In this document: positions 1 through 9,600 of the stretch, piece by piece
Layout: every line of letters begins with the position of its first letter
Position numbering within the stretch: the stretch's first letter is position 1
Source of the DNA: an uncultured archaeon
Lineage (GTDB): Archaea; Altiarchaeota; Altiarchaeia; IMC4; QMZM01
Assembly (NCBI GenBank): GCA_964549685.1
Contig: CAZJVE010000009.1
Coordinates: forward strand, 2,484-54,811
Length of the DNA: 52,328 bases
Direction: 5' to 3'
The notes under the pieces: generated by a model
What the model was told of the DNA's origin: nothing
Databases searched by the model: none
The model's input: only the letters and a program-made list of their open reading frames with translations
Position numbers and translations under genes: made by a program

Positions 1-195
1 TTTCCCTTTACCATCAACAAAAACAGACTCTATGCCATGCTTTCTGGCCCTCTCCAGCGCAGGGGCGTTCTCCTTGTTGCTGATAACCACCTCTATGCTG
101 GCATCCAGTTTCCCTGCTTCAATCTCATCGATTATCGCCTGCATGTCAGTCCCTCTTGTCGAGGCCAGCACACCGAGTTTTATTTTTTCCATCAT
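1..195 (-). CDS. purN: Phosphoribosylglycinamide formyltransferase, 5' part (runs off the window)
   Basis: Not in ORF track; hand translation of minus strand from CAT at 193-195: MMEKIKLGVLASTRGTDMQAIIDEIEAGKLDASIEVVISNKENAPALERARKHGIESVFVDGKGK, matching the PurN N-terminus (SGxGSN-like loop, VVISN, ALERA). Downstream of folD/glyA. Confidence 0.9.
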   Translation of the reverse strand, partial: MMEKIKLGVLASTRGTDMQAIIDEIEAGKLDASIEVVISNKENAPALERARKHGIESVFVDGKGK

Positions 196-199
196 ACTA

Positions 200-258
200 G
201 AATTTATACGCGTTGCGTATAAATTCGTCGACAACAAATTTCGCCTACGGCGAAATTT
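200..258. repeat. Two adjacent perfect inverted repeats (hairpins with 3-nt loops)
   Basis: GAATTTATACGC-GTT-GCGTATAAATTC (200-226, 12-bp stem) and AAATTTCGCC-TAC-GGCGAAATTT (236-258, 10-bp stem, overlaps the folD stop). Confidence 0.85.
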
Positions 259-1081
259 CTTGTTTCGCAGCCATCACTGTATTCTCAAGCAGCATCGCAA
301 TCGTCATCGGGCCCACGCCGCCGGGAACCGGCGTAATCAGCGAGGCCTTCTCCTTCACAGCCTCGAAGTCCACGTCCCCAACAATGCCCTTCTCGGTCTT
401 GTTGATTCCAACATCTATGACAACAGCCCCATCCTTCACCATATCGGCCTTAATGAGTCCTGCCACCCCTGCAGCAACAATCAGAATATCCGCCTCCCTG
501 GTGAATTTCCCAAGGTCCTTCGTTTTGACATGACAGACAGAGACCGTCGCCTCCCTGTTCAGCAGCAGCATCGCCAGGGGCTTGCCCACGACAGGACTAT
601 GATTAACAATAACGCAGTCCTTCCCCTCAACATCCACTCCCTCATGCTCGAGCATTCCTATAATGCCCCTGGGCGTCGCCGGCACAAACCCTTCATCGCC
701 TATCATCAGGTTGCCCATGCTAACCGGATTGAAGCCGTCAACATCCTTTTCCGGCGCAATCTCCGCCATGATTTTCTGGGAATTCAGATGTTTTGGTAAT
801 GGAAGCTGCACAAGAATCCCATGAACCGAGGGATTCGAGTTTAATTCCTTAATTATTTTTATAATTTCCCCCTCCTTCGCGTCGCCTGGGAATTCATATT
901 TCTCCGATTTAATCCCTGCATCCTCGCAGGCCCTGCCCTTCAGCTTAACATAAATCTGCGAGGCTGGGTCATCCCCGACGAGGACAGTAGCAAGCCCCGG
1001 CTTGGTCTCCATGCTCTCGACCTCCTCCCTGATCTTGTCCTTTATCTCAGCCGCAATCTTTTTCCCATCGATTATTGCCAT
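245..1081 (-). CDS. folD: Bifunctional methylenetetrahydrofolate dehydrogenase/cyclohydrolase
   Basis: Motifs [57 protein letters not shown]. Confidence 0.97.
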   Translation of the reverse strand: MAIIDGKKIAAEIKDKIREEVESMETKPGLATVLVGDDPASQIYVKLKGRACEDAGIKSEKYEFPGDAKEGEIIKIIKELNSNPSVHGILVQLPLPKHLNSQKIMAEIAPEKDVDGFNPVSMGNLMIGDEGFVPATPRGIIGMLEHEGVDVEGKDCVIVNHSPVVGKPLAMLLLNREATVSVCHVKTKDLGKFTREADILIVAAGVAGLIKADMVKDGAVVIDVGINKTEKGIVGDVDFEAVKEKASLITPVPGGVGPMTIAMLLENTVMAAKQEISP

Positions 1082-2346
1082 TTCAAATCTTCATATATCG
1101 GAAATCTGCTGCACAGCTCCTCGACCTCCTTCTTGACCTCTTCCCCGACCTCCTTCCCAGCGTCTTCCCCACCCTTTGAATCCTCCATATCCCCGATAAC
1201 CCTCGCAATAAACCCCGCAACCTGCTCCATCTCGGGCTCCTTCATCCCCCTCGTCGTAACGGCAGGGGTTCCAATCCTGATTCCGGATGTAATGAAAGGA
1301 CTCCTCGTCTCGAAGGGAATCGTATTCTTGTTCAGTGTAATCCCTGCCTCCTCCAGAGCGCCCTCGGCGTCCTTGCCTGTAATATTTTTATTATTCAAAT
1401 CCACCAGGATGAGATGATTGTCAGTCCCCCCAGAAACAAGGTTGAATTCATTATTTATTAAAATTTCTGCAATCTTTTTGCAATTCTTCACAACCTGACT
1501 CTGATACTCCTTGAATTCCGGTTCCATCGCCTCCTTGAAACAGACGGCCTTCGCTGCAATCGCATGCATCAGGGGCCCTCCCTGAGTCCCTGGAAAGACC
1601 ATCTTATCAATCTGCTTTGCAAACTCCTCTTTGCACATTATCATCCCGCCCCTCGGGCCCCTCAGCGTCTTGTGAGTAGTTGTAGTGATGAAATCAGCAT
1701 GGCCAACAGGGCTCTGATGCACTCCCCCCGCAATCAGCCCCGCAATATGCGCGATATCCGCCATCAGATAGGCATCCACCGAATCGGCAGCCTCCCTGAA
1801 GGCCCTGAAATCAATCTCCCTTGGATAGGCCGATGCTCCGCAGACAATCAGCTTCGGCTTAAATTTCCTTGCAATCCTCTCAACCTCGGCGTAGTCAATC
1901 CTCCCGGTCTCCTTGCCGACACCATACTGAGCCACCTCGAAATACTTCCCTGAAAAGCTGACCTTCGCCCCATGGCTGAGATGCCCGCCATGGTTCAAAT
2001 CCATGCTGAGAATCCTATCCCCCATCTCAAGGCAGGAGAAATACACAGCCATATTGGCGCCAGAACCGGAATGGACCTGAACATTGACGTGCTCAGCCTT
2101 AAAAATCTTCTTTGCACGCTCTATTGCAAGCGCCTCGGCAACATCAACGAACTCGCAGCCCCCGTAATACCTCTTATACGGATAGCCCTCCGCATACTTG
2201 TTCGTCATTACAGAACCCTGCGCACGCATAACAGCCTCGCTGGCATAATTCTCAGAAGCAATCAGCTGGAGTCTGGTCTGAAGCCTATTCACCTCATTTT
2301 CGATGGCCTCAGCAATCTCCGGGTCAGTCTCTCCAAGTCCAGCCAT
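1072..2346 (-). CDS. glyA: Serine hydroxymethyltransferase
   Basis: [36 protein letters not shown] (PLP lysine), [15 protein letters not shown]. Confidence 0.98.
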   Translation of the reverse strand: MAGLGETDPEIAEAIENEVNRLQTRLQLIASENYASEAVMRAQGSVMTNKYAEGYPYKRYYGGCEFVDVAEALAIERAKKIFKAEHVNVQVHSGSGANMAVYFSCLEMGDRILSMDLNHGGHLSHGAKVSFSGKYFEVAQYGVGKETGRIDYAEVERIARKFKPKLIVCGASAYPREIDFRAFREAADSVDAYLMADIAHIAGLIAGGVHQSPVGHADFITTTTHKTLRGPRGGMIMCKEEFAKQIDKMVFPGTQGGPLMHAIAAKAVCFKEAMEPEFKEYQSQVVKNCKKIAEILINNEFNLVSGGTDNHLILVDLNNKNITGKDAEGALEEAGITLNKNTIPFETRSPFITSGIRIGTPAVTTRGMKEPEMEQVAGFIARVIGDMEDSKGGEDAGKEVGEEVKKEVEELCSRFPIYEDLKWQ

Positions 2347-2469
2347 ATTTCAAGCTTTAACTTATCAGATTGGTTCATAATAAATAGAGCAAAAATTCAT
2401 CTATTTTCCTCCAATGATGAACGGAATCGCTATTTATGGGGACAATTCACAGATTAATACTAGTTGGAA

Positions 2470-5400
2470 ATGAAAAATAAGGTTTTGATATCCGGGTTTC
2501 TATTACTAATTTTCGTATGTAGCCTTGCAGAGATTGCTGGGGCGTGGCAGGGATATAACAACAATATGTCCATCAATTGCACCCACATGACTGACAGAGT
2601 TCCATTAGTAATCAACGGCTCTAGTGGTTTTCATAACCTTCAAGGCGAGTGTGGAAAGCAGATAGTATGGACTTACTGCTCTGGAACGGGGACGGCCCTC
2701 TACTATAATGCAACTGCATCGGGGGTAGCTTATTATGTCGTTGCAAACGACACAGACCAGTTGCCTATGGAGGTCGAATTGGGGAACGGAACGGACTATA
2801 ATCCTACCGGAATTTGGTCCAACAGGTCTCTTGGAGTTTATCATCTTAAGGGAAGTCTTAGTGCCGTAGATAGCTCTCCTGGAGGATGGACATTTACGGA
2901 GACTGAGTCTACAATGAAAAATGTAAGTGATGGATATTTTGATGGTAGTGTGAACTTCACAGCTAGCGGAAGTTTTAAGAGAGACCCCCTTATATGGGAG
3001 GGAATGAACGATTATTCTATGGAAGTTTGGTTCAGGACAACATCTACAGGTGGTATGCAAAGAATGGCGGGTTCTGGAGATGCTGGAGTTCTTTCAAATA
3101 TAGGTTGTGTGCTATTAGCAGACGGAACTATAAGGTGTTCTGGTGGTGGAACATATCACGCCAGCGGCGGTAATTTTGCTGATGCTCAATGGCATTATCT
3201 GGTGGTTACAAGCACCAATGGCGGTAGCCTCATCTTATACAATAATAGTAGATTGCTTGCTTCTAAAGGCGGAGTGGGAGCTTGCGGAACGATAGATGGT
3301 AAAGAGCAGATAGGTGGAATGATACTTGATGGTGGTTCTACAGCTCAAAACTTCGGTGGAGATTTGGATGAAATAAGAGTATGGAACAGGACACTAACTA
3401 CGGCGGAAATCAACCAGACCTACCAGAACGCAATCGTAACTGCAGGATATGGGGACTTAGGGGTAGGTGGTGAGGATACAACAACAACCACAACCACAAC
3501 AAGCACTAGTACCTCCACGACCACAACAGTGTGGAATCCATCCTCTTATAACAACAATATGTCCATCAATTGCACCCACATGACTGACAGAGTTCCATTA
3601 GTAATCAACGGCTCTAGTGGTTTTCATAACCTTCAAGGCGAGTGTGGAAAGCAGATAGTATGGACTTACTGCTCTGGAACGGGGACGGCCCTCTACTATA
3701 ATGCAACTGCATCGGGGGTAGCTTATTATGTCGTTGCAAACGACACAGACCAGTTGCCTATGGAGGTCGAATTGGGGAACGGAACGGACTATAATCCTAC
3801 CGGAATTTGGTCCAACAGGTCTCTTGGAGTTTATCATCTTAAGGGAAGTCTTAGTGCCGTAGATAGCTCTCCTGGAGGATGGACATTTACGGAGACTGAG
3901 TCTACAATGAAAAATGTAAGTGATGGATATTTTGATGGTAGTGTGAACTTCACAGCTAGCGGAAGTTTTAAGAGAGACCCCCTTATATGGGAGGGAATGA
4001 ACGATTATTCTATGGAAGTTTGGTTCAGGACAACATCTACAGGTGGTATGCAAAGAATGGCGGGTTCTGGAGATGCTGGAGTTCTTTCAAATATAGGTTG
4101 TGTGCTATTAGCAGACGGAACTATAAGGTGTTCTGGTGGTGGAACATATCACGCCAGCGGCGGTAATTTTGCTGATGCTCAATGGCATTATCTGGTGGTT
4201 ACAAGCACCAATGGCGGTAGCCTCATCTTATACAATAATAGTAGATTGCTTGCTTCTAAAGGCGGAGTGGGAGCTTGCGGAACGATAGATGGTAAAGAGC
4301 AGATAGGTGGAATGATACTTGATGGTGGTTCTACAGCTCAAAACTTCGGTGGAGATTTGGATGAAATAAGAGTATGGAACAGGACACTAACTACGGCGGA
4401 AATCAACCAGACCTACCAGAACGCAATCGTAACTGCAGGATATGGGGACTTAGGGGTAGGTGGTGAGGATACAACAACAACCACCTCCACGACATCAACT
4501 ACAACCACGACATCAACAACAACCACGATAAGACCGGGTGGTGAGGTTATCTGCAACTCCTGCTCCGACTGCACCTCGAAGCTGAACGGCGACTACGATA
4601 TGGTGAAACTTTCCGCTGACATCACGGACCAGAGCGGGAGCTGCATCACCCTCGGAACCAGCAACGTGGAGTTCAACTGCCAAGGCCATACAATAGATGG
4701 AAACGGCCCCACATCTTACGCATATGGAATCGAAATAGACGAAAAACTCAATAACACAATAAGGAACTGCACAATCACTGACTTTTTCCACGGAATTCAT
4801 ATTGAGCAGTCATCTAACAACACCATCGTGAACAACACTCTAAATTCAAATAAAGTCGGCGTTAACATGCGTTCCTCCTCATCCGAAAACACCTTAACCA
4901 ACAACATCGCAAATTCAAACGATGCTGGAATCAACATAGGCTATAATTCCCCCTACAACACCATCACCAACAACGACCTCAGAAACAACATAAACTATTC
5001 TATCGCTATTTCACGTGAGCTGAGCTGTAACCAGTCCATAGACACCACCAACATAGGGGGCAATGACGGAAAGCCAATCCTTTACCGCCATGACGCCAAA
5101 GAAATAACAATATCCAACACAGACGCATACTCCGAGATACTGCTGTGCGGAGTGAACAACTCGGTGATAAACAACGTTACCATCAACAACGGGGAGTCGA
5201 AGAGCGACGGACTCGCACTATGCAAATCATATAACAACACCATCAGCAACAGCAGCCTTTCGAGCAACTGGATTGGGATTTATCTTCGTTACTCAGACGG
5301 TAACACACTTATCAACAACGAGGCAGGCTCAAACAATCTCTCTGGAATCCACCTCGCTCGTGCCGAGAGCAACATTCTTACTGATAATCTGGCGAACACA

Positions 5401-7095
5401 AATAATCGATACGGAATTTATTTAAATTTTCAATCCAGTGGCAATAACCTAACCAACAACACCGCAGATTCAAATGACATTTACGGAATCTACTTACCCT
5501 ATAGTAGTAACACCCTGAACTCCAACCGCGTCTGCTCCAATACAAATTCAGATTTCTATCTATCTAGCAGTCCAGAGAGTACCGGAGATAACAACTACTG
5601 CGACAACCCCGGCAACTGGAATGATGAAGGGACTACCGGATGCAGGTACAATTGCGCCGGGGTAAGTACTACATCAACAACTACGACCACAACAACCTCA
5701 ACCTCAACAACCACAACAACCTCAACCTCAACAACCTCAACAACTTTAACCACCCTGCCTTCATTAGTAGCACTATGGCACTTTGACGAGAATAGTGGTT
5801 CGACAGCATCTGACTCCTCCGGCAATAACAATGATGGAACAATCCAGGGCGATGTATCTTGGACTGATGGTCTGGTTAATTCCGCCTTGCATTTCACTGG
5901 CTCAGGTTCCTCAGGAGTCAGAATAAATCCGGATATACATTTTACCTCTAGCTTTACCATCATGGTGTGGACTAGGTACGTGGAAGGTGTCAGCTACATT
6001 GTTCGGAAGGGCTATAGTGCAGGGACGAGGGAGTATGGACTTGTGATCTCATCTAATAAACTCCGTTTCCTCAAGAGTAGTGACTGTCACACCAATAACA
6101 TTCTGGATAGCACTGAAACAGTTGCAGAAAACGAATGGACACACGTAGCAGCAGTATGGAACTCTTCATCCAGCCTTATGATGGTATATATAAATGGACG
6201 GCTTAATAACACTGCTTCTGTTTCATCGTCACAATGCAACAGCAGTGGTGCCTATCTTGGTATAGGTGCAGAATATGATACAACCGGAAATCAAGAAGGC
6301 GCCTCTTTTAAGGGGGACATAGATGAGGTATACCTATACGAGAGAGCCTTATCGGCGAGTGAAATAAACCAGAGATATTCGGATGATTTTACCGCTACGA
6401 CAACCACTACCACAAGCACCACAACGACATCAACCACCACAATTAACGTTACTACTACGACAACTACATCATCAACAACCACAACCCTGCCAACAACCAC
6501 AACCAGCACAACCTCAACAATCACATCAACTACCACCACTCCCACAACCTCAACCACTATGACCTCAACAACCACAACTACTACATCATTGCCGGGAACA
6601 CACCCGCTGACCGTGACCCGGTCTCTGCCCGACAGCGCGAGTGAAGGCACGCAGCTGACGGTAAGGCTGGTAATGGACGTAAATGAGTCAGACATTCCCG
6701 AAACTGCAGGTATCACAGAGACCCCTCCCGATGGATGGGAAGTCGTCTCAATGGACCCCACGGGGAGTACGGTATCGAATCCCGGCTCGATAGAATGGCT
6801 GTTCTGGGAGCTTGGTGACCCCGTGCAAGACACCAACATTACATACACGCTGAGTATCCCATTAAATTCCAGCGGGACCTACTACTTCACTGGCTTCATT
6901 GACTACGGCGAGGTCACAACACCTCCCATCACCGGAGATTCTTCGATAACAGTATCGTGCCAGTTGACTGGCAATTATCCGCCATGCGATGACGTAACTC
7001 TCGCAGAGGTGATTGATTTCATAGTCCTCTGGTCCAATGAGCAGGCAGACCTCGCAGATGTGATAGACCTTATCACTGCATGGGCATCCGGCTGA
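2470..7095 (+). CDS. Large secreted surface (glyco)protein: 2x [N-terminal module + LamG/ConA-like], right-handed beta-helix (NosD/PbH1-like), LamG, Thr-rich linkers, C-terminal Ig-like and short dockerin-like domain
   Basis: Signal peptide MKNKVLISGFLLLIFVCSLAEIAGA; LamG motifs QWHYLVVT / FGGDLDEIRVWNRTLT and WHFDENSG...FKGDIDEVYLYERALS; Asn-rich repeats GIxLxxSxNNTxxNN; poly-Thr linkers; many NxS/T sequons. ATG 2470 preferred over TTG 2464. Confidence 0.85.
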   Translation: MKNKVLISGFLLLIFVCSLAEIAGAWQGYNNNMSINCTHMTDRVPLVINGSSGFHNLQGECGKQIVWTYCSGTGTALYYNATASGVAYYVVANDTDQLPMEVELGNGTDYNPTGIWSNRSLGVYHLKGSLSAVDSSPGGWTFTETESTMKNVSDGYFDGSVNFTASGSFKRDPLIWEGMNDYSMEVWFRTTSTGGMQRMAGSGDAGVLSNIGCVLLADGTIRCSGGGTYHASGGNFADAQWHYLVVTSTNGGSLILYNNSRLLASKGGVGACGTIDGKEQIGGMILDGGSTAQNFGGDLDEIRVWNRTLTTAEINQTYQNAIVTAGYGDLGVGGEDTTTTTTTTSTSTSTTTTVWNPSSYNNNMSINCTHMTDRVPLVINGSSGFHNLQGECGKQIVWTYCSGTGTALYYNATASGVAYYVVANDTDQLPMEVELGNGTDYNPTGIWSNRSLGVYHLKGSLSAVDSSPGGWTFTETESTMKNVSDGYFDGSVNFTASGSFKRDPLIWEGMNDYSMEVWFRTTSTGGMQRMAGSGDAGVLSNIGCVLLADGTIRCSGGGTYHASGGNFADAQWHYLVVTSTNGGSLILYNNSRLLASKGGVGACGTIDGKEQIGGMILDGGSTAQNFGGDLDEIRVWNRTLTTAEINQTYQNAIVTAGYGDLGVGGEDTTTTTSTTSTTTTTSTTTTIRPGGEVICNSCSDCTSKLNGDYDMVKLSADITDQSGSCITLGTSNVEFNCQGHTIDGNGPTSYAYGIEIDEKLNNTIRNCTITDFFHGIHIEQSSNNTIVNNTLNSNKVGVNMRSSSSENTLTNNIANSNDAGINIGYNSPYNTITNNDLRNNINYSIAISRELSCNQSIDTTNIGGNDGKPILYRHDAKEITISNTDAYSEILLCGVNNSVINNVTINNGESKSDGLALCKSYNNTISNSSLSSNWIGIYLRYSDGNTLINNEAGSNNLSGIHLARAESNILTDNLANTNNRYGIYLNFQSSGNNLTNNTADSNDIYGIYLPYSSNTLNSNRVCSNTNSDFYLSSSPESTGDNNYCDNPGNWNDEGTTGCRYNCAGVSTTSTTTTTTTSTSTTTTTSTSTTSTTLTTLPSLVALWHFDENSGSTASDSSGNNNDGTIQGDVSWTDGLVNSALHFTGSGSSGVRINPDIHFTSSFTIMVWTRYVEGVSYIVRKGYSAGTREYGLVISSNKLRFLKSSDCHTNNILDSTETVAENEWTHVAAVWNSSSSLMMVYINGRLNNTASVSSSQCNSSGAYLGIGAEYDTTGNQEGASFKGDIDEVYLYERALSASEINQRYSDDFTATTTTTTSTTTTSTTTINVTTTTTTSSTTTTLPTTTTSTTSTITSTTTTPTTSTTMTSTTTTTTSLPGTHPLTVTRSLPDSASEGTQLTVRLVMDVNESDIPETAGITETPPDGWEVVSMDPTGSTVSNPGSIEWLFWELGDPVQDTNITYTLSIPLNSSGTYYFTGFIDYGEVTTPPITGDSSITVSCQLTGNYPPCDDVTLAEVIDFIVLWSNEQADLADVIDLITAWASG
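2554..4484 (+). repeat. Intragenic tandem duplication: 2554-3491 and 3547-4484 (938 bp, period 993 bp)
   Basis: No mismatch seen by eye; antisense ORFs 2605..3060 and 3598..4053 are identical and offset by 993. Confidence 0.95.
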
Positions 7096-7117
7096 TTTTA
7101 CAATTCCTTCCAAGTAT

Positions 7118-8101
7118 ATGATAATGGAGTTCTTCGATTCCTACAGCAAGGGCCTGATAGTCCACCACTGGGACACCGACGGAATCTGCTCAGCAGGGAT
7201 GCTGCTGTCGGAGCTTAAGGGAAAGGAGGTCGACAACATCAGCCCCGAGATAGGGAACTACCACCTCACAGATGGGGAGATAGAGTCTATAAAGGACAGG
7301 GGCTATGAATTCATAGTGATTGCTGACGTCTGCATTCCCAAGGATGAGATTCTCAAGATAAAGGATTCTACAGGAGCGAAAATCCTCATCTTCGACCACC
7401 ATCTCCAAGAGAGGATAGCTGAGGTCGAGCACATCAATCCAATCAGCGAGGGAAAAAGCCAGGAGAGCTTTCCCTCGACCAGCTGGGTTCTTTCGCAGTG
7501 GCTCGGCGTAAATCTCCTGGTGGTCCTCGGCGCCGTCGGCAACCTGGAGGCGAGAACTAAGGAGAACGAAATCATCTACCCCGAGATAGAGAAATTCATG
7601 GGCGCCCATTCGGTGGACTTCAAGCAGCTCCTGAGGATGGTCAAGCTGATTGATTCGAGCTACAAGGTGATGGACAAGGAGGGGGTCGAGACTGCAGCCC
7701 GCTTTGTGACAGAAAACCGCAACAACCCTGGGAAGATTATCGGGCATCGGCCATGGCACAAGAACTCGGTAAGGATAAAGGCGGAGATTGACAGACAGAT
7801 GTCAAAGGAGATTATCGAGGACGGCAATTTTCTATTGCTAAACATCATTACGCCGCTCAACATAATATCTACCATAACGAGAAAGATTGCCTGGAAAAAT
7901 CCGCAGAAGACGGTAGTCGTTGTCAACAGGGGATTCTTCTGGGACAGGAGCCAGATATACGTGAGGGGCACCAAGGCCCAGAGCCTCATAAAAATCGCAA
8001 GGGAAAGGGGCTATTCGGCAGGAGGAAAGAGAGGCGTTGCCGGAATCGTGCTCCCAAACACGGAGACGGACGATTTCCTGAGTATAATAAAAAACATCTG
8101 A
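7118..8101 (+). CDS. DHH-family phosphoesterase (RecJ/NrnA-like)
   Basis: HHWDTDGICS motif I, IVIAD motif II, FDHH motif III, C-terminal AGGKRGVAG (DHHA1-like). Confidence 0.85.
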   Translation: MIMEFFDSYSKGLIVHHWDTDGICSAGMLLSELKGKEVDNISPEIGNYHLTDGEIESIKDRGYEFIVIADVCIPKDEILKIKDSTGAKILIFDHHLQERIAEVEHINPISEGKSQESFPSTSWVLSQWLGVNLLVVLGAVGNLEARTKENEIIYPEIEKFMGAHSVDFKQLLRMVKLIDSSYKVMDKEGVETAARFVTENRNNPGKIIGHRPWHKNSVRIKAEIDRQMSKEIIEDGNFLLLNIITPLNIISTITRKIAWKNPQKTVVVVNRGFFWDRSQIYVRGTKAQSLIKIARERGYSAGGKRGVAGIVLPNTETDDFLSIIKNI

Positions 8102-8156
8102 TTTTTTGGGGCGATATTTGGGTGGATTTTACTATTCCTTCTCAATAAATACCATA

Positions 8157-8816
8157 ATGATTATAACCCTGAAGAAGCCAGTCAAAGAGATTCTGCAGAT
8201 GTTAAAAGGCCATGAAAAGGTAGCAATCATCGGCTGCGGCCAGTGCGCGACAATCTGCAGAACAGGCGGAGAGCAGCAGGTCGAAGAGCTTGCTGAAGCC
8301 CTGGAAAAGGAGGGCAAGGAGATAGTCTTCAGGGAGGTTATAGAGGCGGGGGTCTGCTACCTCCCCGAGTCCAGAAAGGTTTTGGAGAAGATACCCGAGG
8401 CCGATGCCGTCATAGTCCTGGCCTGCGGCTCCGGGGCCCAGGCAGTAGTCGAATTCAATGATTCTCTCAATGTTTTTCCAGGAGTGGATACAAAATTTTT
8501 AGGAATAACGAAGAAATTCGGCGAATTCTATCGCAAATGCTCTCTCTGCGGGGACTGCACCCTTCATCTCACAGGGGGGCTCTGTCCAATCGCCCTCTGC
8601 CCAAAGGAAAAGGCCAACGGCCCCTGCTCCGATTCCATAGACGGCAAATGCCCCACTCTGGAGCTGGCTGGGGTCGAGGATGCCGACTGCGTATGGGAGC
8701 TGATTTACGAGAAGACCGGAAAGCTACCAAAGATAGGGAGAGACTGGTCAAAGTTCTCCCTCCCTGAGAAAATAACACTTCAAAATGTCGCTAAAAGAAA
8801 AGCTAGAGAGGGATGA
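8157..8816 (+). CDS. metV: Methylenetetrahydrofolate reductase small Cys-rich subunit (MetV / MTHFR_C-like)
   Basis: GCGQCATICRTGG, LACGSGAQ, CSLCGDC...GGLCPIALCPK...NGPC, CVW; overlaps the metF start. ATG 8157 preferred over TTG 8106. Confidence 0.8.
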   Translation: MIITLKKPVKEILQMLKGHEKVAIIGCGQCATICRTGGEQQVEELAEALEKEGKEIVFREVIEAGVCYLPESRKVLEKIPEADAVIVLACGSGAQAVVEFNDSLNVFPGVDTKFLGITKKFGEFYRKCSLCGDCTLHLTGGLCPIALCPKEKANGPCSDSIDGKCPTLELAGVEDADCVWELIYEKTGKLPKIGRDWSKFSLPEKITLQNVAKRKAREG

Positions 8817-9600
8817 CTTCGTCATAACCATCGAGATTTCACCCCCAAGGGATTCAGAGATGAAGGAATTCATCCAGACAGCAAAGGAGAATGAGGTGGA
8901 TGCCATCAACGTCCCTGACAACCAGCGGGGGACTCCACACATCTCTTCAATGGCAGCATCAAAGATACTTCTCGATAATAAAATAGAACCCATCATGCAC
9001 CTGTCCTGCGCGAACAGGAACCGGATAGAGATGGAGTCCCTCATCCTGGGGGCAGAGGCACTGAGGATTCCAAATCTCCTTATGATAACGGGGGACCATC
9101 CCCTGGTTGCGGAGAACAGGGAGGCAAAGCCGGTCTTCGACATAGATTCAATAGAGACGCTGAGACTGGCGAAGGAAAAATCAGGACTCTACCTCGGCGC
9201 AGTAGCAAACCAGATGGCTAACCTGGAATTACAGGCCGAGCTAATCAATAGAAAGGTGGATGCAGGAGCAGAATTCATCCAGACCCAGCCGGTCTTTGAG
9301 ATAGAAAGGCTTGAGAAGCTCATTGATGCTGCCGCTGTAAAAACCAAATGGATTGCGGGAGTCATGCCCATTCACTCACCAGAGAGTGCGGAATTCATAA
9401 GCAAGAGAATTCCCGGTATTCAGATTCCAGAGGAGATTATAGAGGGGCTGAAGAATTCCAAAAATCCTGAGAAGGAGGGAATTCAAATAATGAAGAACAT
9501 CCTCGATGAGCTTAAATCCGCTAAAATCTCCGGAGTGAGCTTAATGAGTTTATCAGGAATAGACATCAGCGAGTATAGAGACTCATTATCTTCTCAATAA
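8785..9600 (+). CDS. metF: Methylenetetrahydrofolate reductase
   Basis: ITIEISPP, DAINVPDN, EPIMHLSCANRN, LLMITGD, KVDAGAEFIQTQPVF, GVMP. Confidence 0.92.
   Translation: MSLKEKLERDDFVITIEISPPRDSEMKEFIQTAKENEVDAINVPDNQRGTPHISSMAASKILLDNKIEPIMHLSCANRNRIEMESLILGAEALRIPNLLMITGDHPLVAENREAKPVFDIDSIETLRLAKEKSGLYLGAVANQMANLELQAELINRKVDAGAEFIQTQPVFEIERLEKLIDAAAVKTKWIAGVMPIHSPESAEFISKRIPGIQIPEEIIEGLKNSKNPEKEGIQIMKNILDELKSAKISGVSLMSLSGIDISEYRDSLSSQ

Noticed and set aside
32-799. 255-aa plus-strand ORF and other long shadow ORFs (e.g. 13779..14951, 32810..33577, 46293..46949)
   Set aside because: They overlap well-supported genes in antisense or alternative frames and show no recognisable motifs.
3478-6590. 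ACA/ACC-rich stretches as CRISPR or satellite array
   Set aside because: They are in-frame Thr/Ser linker codons without repeat-spacer periodicity.
9566-9600. Convergent 3' overlaps (also 16333-16355, 32002-32013, abutting 40033/40034) as an antisense control system
   Set aside because: Short tail-to-tail overlaps are common in compact genomes; nothing else supports regulation.
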